Assembly (NCBI GenBank): GCA_046563655.1
Contig: CM102289.1
Coordinates: forward strand, 5,952,001-6,016,000
Direction of reading: 5' to 3'
DNA length: 64,000 bases
DNA from: Yuukianura sp. NJ FZ-2021
Taxonomy: Eukaryota
Below are positions 12,724 through 22,292 of this stretch, piece by piece (positions within the stretch are counted from its first letter, which is position 1; each line of letters starts with the position of its first letter). The notes under the pieces were generated by a model. The model was not told the DNA's origin. It made no database searches and saw only the letters and a list, made by a program, of their open reading frames with translations. Position numbers and translations under genes: made by a program.

Positions 12724-15700
12724 ATGAAGATTAGACTCATCAGTAATATTATAAAATGGAGAATCTGGACCCCCATTTCGTCCAATCCTGTTTTGATCGT
12801 GTTAATTTGGATACTAAGCTTTCCTTGCACTATAACTGGAGGTAAGTTTGTTTTAAAACTTAATAAATAAAGTATTATTTTTCTTAAATTAATTAAAGTA
12901 AATTCAATTAATTAGGAGAAATTGAATGAAGTCGTTTTGAAACCGATGTGAATGTGTTAAGTCAGGTATTTACAAAAACCACGAAGGTGGAAAATTGAAG
13001 ATGTTTTTGGTGAAAGTTGTTTTGAAATTTTGAAGTTTTGAAACTTTGAAATTTTTTGTTTTATCTGTTCGCAGAAGTGAAAATTTAGTACGACTCCAAA
13101 TGACACTACGTTTTTAATTAATTTCGATCTTTAGAAGGCTTCACTAAAGTCTCTCTTCCACTTTCACTTTGGTCCAAATAATTAAAAGGGTGAAAATTAT
13201 TGAGCTTTTTGTTCGTCCTAGTGCGGCAAAGAAGTTTAAAGGGCTTAGCGAGCTAAATTTCAAGTCAAGTTAAGAATTAACGGTCTATCTTGATTTGTGA
13301 TCTTGACTTTAATTGATTCCCTCCTAAAATTTGGACTTACTCTTGTCACCAATCTAAACGTTTCAAATTACGGGCCCCCGAAATTGTTTATTTTCATTTT
13401 AATTTAAACAGAAAAGACACAAATTTATCTCCGGCTGGCAAAAATTATCTTTCGAGGCTCTTAAACGGCTCAAATTCCACTCTCTTTGCGACGCCATTTT
13501 TGCAAAACTGAAAACATAAAATTTTGCGATACTAAAAAAGAAGACTTTTTGCCATTTTACACTCTACACAAAGTGTAGTAGTGGCCATTAACATAAGTGA
13601 TTTGTGGCACAAATCTGCATGGGAAAAAAATACAATGTGGCAGAAATTCGGAGTGCCTTTTTGCCACTGCTGTTTCATCTTACCCGGCAACCAGCAGACT
13701 ACACGACTCAAGGTTTTTTTTTTTTTCGTTTTTGCAAAAAAGAGAGAGAATGGCAAGGAAATGAGGCACTTTTGGCTCATACACTTCTTGTATGTCACCC
13801 CATGCGATTTTTTTTCTCTTTTTTGAAACTGCCGCCAGAATTTTGTGTAGCTTCCTCCATTGTCCTTTTCTTCTCTTCTTTAGACTTTGAACATGAAAAT
13901 CCGCCTCCACTCCCGTGTCTTTTCTTCTAATTTTAGAAGATCAAACTGTGCTATAGGGTTGGCAATGGGCCATCTTCTCCCGAAATCCATTCCATTGTTT
14001 TACATCTAATTCTTTACAAGGGAAATTCAACTGATATTCTTCCTCCTTCCTCTTTCAATTCTAACTTCTTTTAACAAGGAAATCTTTCTTCATTTACTTC
14101 CAAATCTCGGAAGTTTCAACGTGTAATGCTGATTTTTCAGGAGATTGTGCACAAACAATCAAAACAAAAAATTAAGTCAACAACCTTAGATAGATTTGTT
14201 TTAAATTGAAAACAGATTTCATATTTTCAAAAGAAAAATTCTTGTTTCCAAAAATGTGTTTTATTTCGCAAAATCATGAAAAAAAAGTTTTGAATTTTTC
14301 TAAACATTGCGCTTTACAAACATTGCAGAGCCGTCTGTATAGATCATCTTTAGGTTAAAAATTACCAAGTACGAGAAAAGCGTTGAAGAGTGAAAGGCGA
14401 AGCGTAGAAAAGATTTGCATTCACCTGTCAGCCACTTTTAAAGAAACGGAAGAAGCGGCGGGTAGTCCGCTAGTTCTTTTTTACTTTGCTAAAGTAACTT
14501 GGCTTCACTTCCAAATTTCCTATTAGTAGATTCAGGTTCCCAATTACTAAAAGAAGAGACCAATTTGTAAAAGTGGTCGGAATTTTAGTTAAGTGGAGTA
14601 TGTTGGATGCCAACTTATACACGAGTTTTAATAATACGTAGATGTGATGATTTGGCTCTGATTGTTTCTAGGTGGGAGTATTGTAGAAGACAATGATAGA
14701 GGTCACACAGTGCGAGCACCGTACATAGAACCTCCGCTTCAGGTCAACGTCACAGTAGCCCTTGGACAAACAGCATTCCTCAGATGTCCGGTCAAATTTC
14801 TCGGAGATAAAACTGTAAGCTATTACTATTTAACATTTACATTGTAGTCTAATTTTCATGAAAAATTTTTCCAAAGAGATAGTTTAGTCTATTTCGAAAA
14901 ACAACAATTGGATATTTCCCACAAACATTACAAATAGTTTTTTTTTAATTTCCAACAATAATACCATATTATATTTGACAAAGATATTGCAAACTGTTTA
15001 CTACACATGCGCATTACACCTTACTTTCCCGCTCTCTGTAAAATACGTTGAGCAAAATAACGCTTGGTTCTTGGATAAGGTAAGGCAGGGGCCGGACCAA
15101 AGTTGGGCACTCCCGGGCCGAAGTTCGGCATTGGTGGGCCATAGCCTGGAACTCCAGGGTATGGATATTGTCCAGACCATGGATCAAGTCCAGTCTGTTC
15201 GTTACAAGTTTCTCCCATAGATGGTTTGTAGCATCTCCATCCACAAGGTTTTTCGCCAAAGTCACAAAGAACTCCACCGTGGTAACACTGCTTCCCGAGG
15301 GACTTCGTGTAGCATTGGAATCCACAGACGTCTTCTAGGAAGTCGCACAGAATACCGCCAGGGTGACACTTCTTGGAAGAGTATTTGTCGTAGCACTGGA
15401 ATCCACAGACGTCTTCTGAGTGGTCGCATAGAATGCCACCAGGGTGACACTTCTTAAGAGAGTACTTGTCATAGCACTGGAAACCACAGGCCTTCTCACC
15501 AAATCCACAAATGACTTGCGACTGTACTAAATTTAAAAAATCATGGGTGATTCATTTTTAAGAAATCAATTTTTCAAATTACGGATTTACCGGGTTCCAA
15601 AAATGTCAACGTCAATCCGGTCAAAAGAAAAACGAAATAATTCTTCATTATGACTACGATTCTCAGCGTTCAACTATACTTTTGAAGAAATGGATTTGAA

Positions 15701-18700
15701 TTGAGATTTTATTGTCTACGAAACTCTTTCTAACTGAATTAGAGAAAACCACAAAGAGTAAACGGAAATCTGAACTAATTGCGCCAGTAATTAAAATACT
15801 TTCCAAAAAGATGGTTTACTCTATTTCTAAACAATCATTTGGCTGTTTCTCATGAACATTATGAAATGCGTCAATTTTTATTTCAAAAAACACAGCATTA
15901 TATTTGCTTTGTTATGTTTGTTAAAGTGTGGTCGTTGAAACCTTGTAGTGCGCATGAGCATGTACACCTTACTTTCCCATTCTCTGAAAAGTACGTGGGC
16001 CATAATTACTATTGGCCGGTGGATAAGGCATGGAAGTAGCCGGGCCAAAGTAGGGCGGTGGGCCAGGCATACCTGGACCATAAGCTGGAACTCCAGGATA
16101 TGGATAATGTCCAGGTCGTGGGCCGTACGGTCCAACCCCCGGACCAAGTCCTGTCGGTTCGTTACAAGTTTCTCCCATGGATGGTTTGTAGCATCTCCAT
16201 CCACATGGTTTCTCGTCAAAGTTACAAAGAACTCCACCCGGGTAACACTTATTTGCGAGGGACTTCATGTAACATTGGTATCCACAAACATCTTCTAAGT
16301 GGTCGCATAGGATGCCACCAGGGTGACACTTCTTGGAAGAGTACTTGTCATAGCACTGAAAACCACAAGCCTTCTCACCCGATCGACAAATGACTTGAGA
16401 CTGCACTAAATTTAAAAAATCACGAAATCACATTTCGACGACATTTCGATTAAAGAATCAATTTTTCAAATTACGGGTTTACCGGGTCCCAAAATGATGA
16501 ACGTCATTCCAAACAAAAGAAAAATGAAATTCCTCATCATGATTGTGACTGTGACTCTCTCAGTATTCAACTTCACCTTTGGAGAAATGGATTTGAATTG
16601 AGATTTTATTTGTACTACGAAACTCTCAATAAGTTAAAGTATCTCAAACTGAATTAGAGAAAACCACACATTTGACTTTTCAAACGGATATTTGAATTAA
16701 TTGAGTCAAGTCAATTTGTATGCGGTCACAACTTTTCGTAATATGGAAACTTTGAAGCTGGACACACGAGTTTGAAGACCAAAACTCTGAAAGTTGAGCG
16801 TTTTTGATTTATTACCATGAGTCGTACATGTGAGTACTACTACAATACATTACTTTCCGAAATTTCTGTATATCTTAGGTTAGGCTGTCTAATAAGTAGT
16901 ATTACTTGTAAGAAAAGTAACCTTGGGATTTCAACCCAACCTAGCAAATTTTAACCCTGAAGGTGAGTAGCAGGCACCGTTTGAATCGACATCTTCCATG
17001 AAATCACAGAGAATATTTCTTGGGCGGTTGCACTTTTTGGATTCAAATGCGCCGTAGCAAGTTTTCCCACAAACTTTTTGATTTGCGTCACACACAACGC
17101 CATCCGGGTGACATTTTTGGGAAAACGGGCTGTAGCATTCGTCACCGCAAGGTCTTTGCCCATACTCGCAAATGGGCTCCGATGCTAATACAGAATAAAA
17201 TGTTTTAAGTATTTCACTTTAAATTAAATTCAATACATACAGTATAGTAAAGATGATTCCGAAAGTATTTATTCAAGTACAGATCACCTTACCTTCTACA
17301 ATTCCGAAGAAACAGAGCAGCAGAATCAACCTCATCCTCATTCTGATAATAATTTGAAGTTGCGCCATGTTACACTTTGGAAGGCGTTCAGATGGGGATC
17401 ACAATTTATTTACTTTCGCCGCCAAATTATTTACTCATGAAACCACACGGAAGGAAATTTGAAATTTCAAAGAGAAAATCCCTAATTGCAAATTTAACAT
17501 GACTTAGCACGGAGATCAGCCCAATTTTTATTTTCTTTTGCTAAGTGGTAATCAACGAAGAATTTTTTTATACGAGAAACCTACCGACGGGGTACATAAC
17601 CGCAGGTCTTAATTAATCGCAACTTAATTGTTGTACCAGCTATAAACTGATTAAATATCACCGTCGGGTATCAAACTTCTTTGGCTATTTTTTTGCAACC
17701 GAAAACATACGCATGTCGTCGATTGTTTTTCTATACTCCCGTGAACAGCTGCTTCATATCCGGCTGTATCTGCTAAAAAAATGAATAAGTTGAAAATTCA
17801 ATATTTTTAATTTTTAAGCATTAAGCATATAATGTGATGCCGAAAATTTAGTTAGATATCAAGGTAGCGTACGTCTAACGTACGACCTTTAACATGTCCT
17901 AACAAAACATATATTAAGATGATGCCGAAATTTTTCTGAATTTTTACAAAAAAAAATTTCCACTCTAAAGTACGCTTGAAATTTCCGCCATTTTGACTTT
18001 ATCCAAATGTTACCTGAGTGTACGTAGAGCACTCATCATTTGAATCGACGTCTTCCATAAAATCACAAAGAATGTTTTTGGGGCGGTTGCACTTCTTAGA
18101 TTCGAATGCGCCGTAGCATGTTTTTCCACAAACTTTTTCGTTTACGTCACAAATAACATTACCCGGATGACATTTTTGGAAAAATGGGCTATGGCATTGG
18201 TCACCACATGGCCTTTGCCCGTACTCGCAAATGTGTTCGGAAGCCACTAACGAATCAAGTGTTTTAAATATAACAGTCAAAACATAATTTAAATTATAAT
18301 CTCTTCTGAAACACAGATTTCTATGCTTTTAGCAATCAACTTACCTTGTAAAATTCCTGTAAAGTATCCAACGAAGCAATACAATATTAGAATCCACTCC
18401 ATATTGAAAAGAAACTTTGCGATTGTGAGCTACGTTACGTTTTGCATTGACAGAAGACAAACACAATTTCGTCAAGTATCGCTTCAAATTATTTAAAACT
18501 TCAAACCACAAATGGGGGACGCTTGACATAAGTACAACTATAGCAAGCGTAATTACAAATTGCACGTTGCGTATAAAGGAAAGCAACGGAATTTATTTAG
18601 TCCGATTTGGCTTAGCTGCTAATTAACCCAGAATTTTTTAAAAAATATTTTATGCCGAGGTGACGTAAACCACAGGTCAGTTTTTAGTATAAGTTGACAT

Positions 18701-21700
18701 AGCTGAAACGAACGCAGCTTTGTTAGGCATTGAGTATAGGTGGGGAAAGGAAGTTGGCTGAACTTTCTAATGCCACTAGGAATGCATCGTGCGCTCTTCT
18801 CTCCCCAGGCAATCACTCCCCCCCCCCCTCCCTCCACTTTTGAATTAAACCGCTTCAGCCACAAGGTTTTAAGACGCTGAAGCTGTGTATTACTAGAAGC
18901 AAACGGCTGAGTTATGAACTTTCACTTAAGTTTTCATCAGGAACTTTTGGAGTAAGGAAAAGGCTCAGGGGCAGGAGGTTTCTAATTCCTATGATCTCAT
19001 TCTACCCCCCACCCCTACGCAACTTCCTCCCCACCCCCGTTTCTGACTTGCTTTTGACTCTTTTAGGGCTGAAGATTCTAATCCAATTGAAAGTTCCAAC
19101 TTTCTCCTGGAGAAAATTGTTTAGTGTCTGCCTATTAAGTTGAAATTAGGGGGTGGTAGTTGGGAAGGTGGAACATGGAGGGGTCAACGCCCCTACATAG
19201 TTTCTTAAACACACTCAAACATAGCCTTGACACTGGGTTTTCATATTGGATATGGTGGAATGAAGGGAGACTTTTAAATTTGGCAGGGTTCCATGAATTT
19301 TGAATTTCCGAGGGGCTGGTTGGATTTTGAACTTCGGCGGGGTTTCTCGGATTTTAAATTTTGGCGGGGTTTCTTGGATTTTGAATTTTGAGCGGGCTTT
19401 TTGTCTTTTGACAGGTGTCATGGATGCGTCGACGAGACTTGCATATTCTAACCTCCGGGAATCACATCTTCACTTCTGATCCCAGGGTCTCTCTCTTAAG
19501 GGATCGGGGGTCATGGACCCTTAAGATTCAAAATGTACAACGAAAAGACGACTCTCCCTACGAATGTCAAATCAACACAGAACCAAAGATGAGACTTGCC
19601 ATCTTCCTCACTATCATCGGTAAAGTTCTTATTTTAATGTAAAAAAGTAACTTTCTTTAAAAAAAACTTTCTCCAAAAAATTTCAAGAGAAAAAGTAAGA
19701 GTGGAATATTTAAAAAAAGCGACACCATCAAAACAAAAAAGCTTTTAAAACAACACGCTCAAATCCGTGAGAGTTCTCGCTTTTTCTGCTTTTTTTTTAT
19801 AAAAGTGAAAGCGAAAGTAGTAATGTTAACTTTAAACACTTTTGAGGAAGCGGGAGAAATTCAAAATTAGACAAACAAAACTTTTTCCTTTTCCTCACTT
19901 TTGAATTGACTCAATTTCTTCTAAACATTCTCTAAAAAGAAAATAGGATTAAACCTGGAGATGAAGCGAATGAGAACGTTTTTGTGAGAGAAAGAAGTTA
20001 AAAATCTCGCTTTTGAATTTTATTTTTTTTAAAAGTTGATGTAAAAAATCTGTTTTTACTTTTTGCTTTTTTCTAGGTTCTCAAAATGATGAGTACGTTG
20101 GGCCTCCATTAGAAGCCCAAGTAGATTACAGACTCCGTGGAAAGTCAGGTAAGAAAAATAGATACTCCTTTTCTTTTTTGTACAAAGTGAAATGAAGGAA
20201 GCAGCTTTTTAGTTCTTGTGAGAATACAGAGACAATAGAATTCAGTAGAAATATAATGCTTTCGTAACAAAGTTACTGAGAAAGTTGGTTTAATTCAAGG
20301 AGAAAGTAAGTGTCGAAGGGAAATGAATATGTAAATCTTAGCTTTCCTCTCACTGTCTTCAAATCTACAAAATCTACAAGAGTAGAAATGAAGACAGTTT
20401 TTGGAGAGAAAGAGAAAACGGAATTCAAACTTGGATTTTCAAATTTTCCCGGCACAAAAAGAGAGAAAGAGCTTTCACTCTCCTTCTGTACATGAAAACT
20501 TAATCTACTTAAACATGCCAGATTAACATCATTTTCATTCATGGCTCCAAAATTAGCAAGACTTCCATTTCTCTTTACAAAAGAGAGAAAATGCCCTCGT
20601 AAATTTAGTGTCCAATGTTTGAAAAATTTCATTATTCAAAAAAAATCTTCTTGAAAATTTTTGGAGGTGGAGAAGCCCGAGTGCTGGGTAAACCGAACAT
20701 GAAGGTCATCGCTGGCGGAACGCTCGAATTAACATGCGTAGCTGCTTACTCTGATTCGGGGCAAGTCGGAAGTGGAAGTGACCTCACGTGGTTTCGAGAT
20801 CAAACACCAATCAAACCACGGCTTTTTGGCGGCTTGGACATTCAAACTACCAGAGCGGGAACGACGATTATTTCAAAATTGAAGGTCAGCAGAATAGAAA
20901 TGTCGGATTCCGGGAAGTACTCGTGCGGTGGCACAGGGCTCCAATCAGAATCTTCCATTTTGGTGATGGTGATACAAGGTCATGGTCAAGGTCACGGAGG
21001 CCCATCTGGAGACTACGGTACGTTTGCCAAAATTTCCGTAATGTGATGAAGGGAGTAACTATTTAGCCAAACGTTCCCTTTCCAGCGCCAAGTTTTGGAT
21101 ATAATTGTGAATGCTAATTTGTGTTTCTGGTGGGGCAGGGTGTGTCGGTGGGACGAGCACCGTTTGGTGGGGCCATTTGTCATTTTTTAAATTGGGCTAA
21201 AGTGGTGTGAGGGAATTGGATAATTAGATTTTGTTCTAAAGTTTCTGGCAAGTCGTAATGGGTGACTGTGGCCATGTGCAGTTCTGGAGAGACTCCATTC
21301 TTCATAAGGAACGTTTTCCATTAAATAGGACATAACCTAACCATAGCCTAACCTAGTGCGTTGAAAGTTGAGCACGATGTTGCATGGTTGTCCACTACGA
21401 ACAGTGTAGTAAAAAGACTACTGGGAAATGAAGCTGTTAGAATTTAAATGTAGATGTAAAAGTTCCAGATGGAGATTATGGTCTTTTTCAGTTTTCCCGC
21501 CACAAAACATTTTCCCACACTTTCTCTTCTTAGTTTCACTTAATATGCATGGCACAGTTTCCCATGATTTTCTTTCCTTTTCTAAAAGCACATCCTACAA
21601 AATCGGATCCCTTTTTTGAGAACGAAAAAAAAATTACGGAATAAAATGAACTGAAATTTTCCCAGCTCAACTTTCTCTTCATGCGAAAATGTGTAACTTG

Positions 21701-22292
21701 ATTCTGTTTTTTTTTCGTTTTAAAAGTCGGATTTGACCAGAGCGGAAAGTTTTTAAACTGAAACGTGCTCTGGCGTGAAACAAGTTTAGTTTTACTGACG
21801 GCCAACGTTTTTTGGTCTGACGACGACGAATTGGCCCGCTTCACACTTTTGATATATTATTTCTCTCTCTTTACTTTATGTTATATTCATATAATTTTAT
21901 ACAACAGTAGTATATTTTTTGACGAGTCATAGAAATTTTGAGGATTGATGGTCTTTGGGGCAGCATAGATTTTCATAAAGTGTTGGCGTAACAGCGTTTC
22001 AGTGTTTCATTTTCATCACAAAAACTGAGGAGAGAGAGCGAGAACATTAGAAAGGAGAAAGTTGACGCTTTCTGTTCCATGATTTATTTCCTAATTCGCC
22101 TGCTTTCTCTTTTGCTTTCTCCCAGATTTTGATCCAGCCAAAGATGTCGTCTTCGTTGGTGGAAATGGGCCCTTAGAAGGGTCCCCTTCCGCGCATTCAG
22201 GGACCCTTGAATCCCCTCGTCAAGTCTCGCTCAAGTCTCCTGTCGTCATGGTGGCAATGGTGGGCTGCGTTTTCCAGAAGCTTCTCAGATGA
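12724..22292 (+). CDS. Defective proboscis extension response (dpr/ZIG-8) family two-Ig cell-surface protein, divergent paralog, ~351 aa
   Basis: Exons 12724-12841 (signal peptide), 14672-14814 (NVTVALGQTAFLRCPVKFLGDKT), 19415-19619 (VSWMRRRDLHILT...YECQINTEPK), 20077-20148, 20667-21017 (Ig2 LTC...W...DSGKYSC), 22126-22292 (hydrophobic GPI-like tail). 1056 nt in frame. The terminal exons and the linker exon are less certain than the Ig exons. Confidence 0.85.
15021..15648 (-). CDS. Secreted Cys-rich repeat protein A (187 aa, 16 Cys, Pro/Gly/Tyr-rich tail), nested in dpr intron
   Basis: Exon 1 15648-15591 (MKNYFVFLLTGLTLTFLEP, phase-1 GTAAAT donor); exon 2 15526-15021. Four units of C-x6-CGxxCY-x7-C, three of them complete with (H/Y)xGG(I/V)L; tail ...PRTKRYFAQRILQRAGK*. 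Confidence 0.85.
15969..16540 (-). CDS. Secreted Cys-rich repeat protein B (164 aa, 12 Cys, Pro/Gly/Tyr-rich tail), paralog of A
   Basis: Exon 1 16540-16483 (MMRNFIFLLFGMTFIILGP); exon 2 16405-15969. Same intron phase as A, one fewer 27-aa unit, ends ...PRTFQRMGK*. Confidence 0.85.
16931..17341 (-). CDS. Secreted Cys-rich repeat protein C (~100 aa, 10 Cys)
   Basis: Exon 1 17341-17293 (MRMRLILLLCFFGIVE; alternative in-frame ATG at 17368); exon 2 17184-16931 encodes ASEPICEYGQRPCGDECYSPFSQKCHPDGVVCDANQKVCGKTCYGAFESKKCNRPRNILCDFMEDVDSNGACYSPSGLKFARLG*. The ORF track shows only a wrong frame here. Confidence 0.82.
17999..18402 (-). CDS. Secreted Cys-rich repeat protein D (~101 aa, 10 Cys), paralog of C
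   Basis: Exon 1 18402-18345 (MEWILILYCFVGYFTGILQ, GTAAGT donor); exon 2 18246-17999, closely similar to C, ending ...CSTYTQVTFG*. A possible CAG|GTAACA donor near the end makes the exact C-terminus uncertain. Confidence 0.82.
19272..19397. repeat. Degenerate ~27-bp tandem repeat, about 4.7 copies
   Basis: Units resemble TTTTGAATTTCGGCGGGGTTTCTCGGA. It produces the spurious (PPKFKIQET)n ORF at 19215-19421. Confidence 0.8.

Noticed and set aside
15180..15526. 81-bp periodic repeats as a CRISPR-like or satellite array
   Set aside because: They are in-frame coding repeats with synonymous variation and no unique spacers, in a eukaryotic context.
19215..19421. ORF with repeated PPKFKIQET-like peptide
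   Set aside because: It is the translation of the intronic 27-bp minisatellite, with no gene structure.
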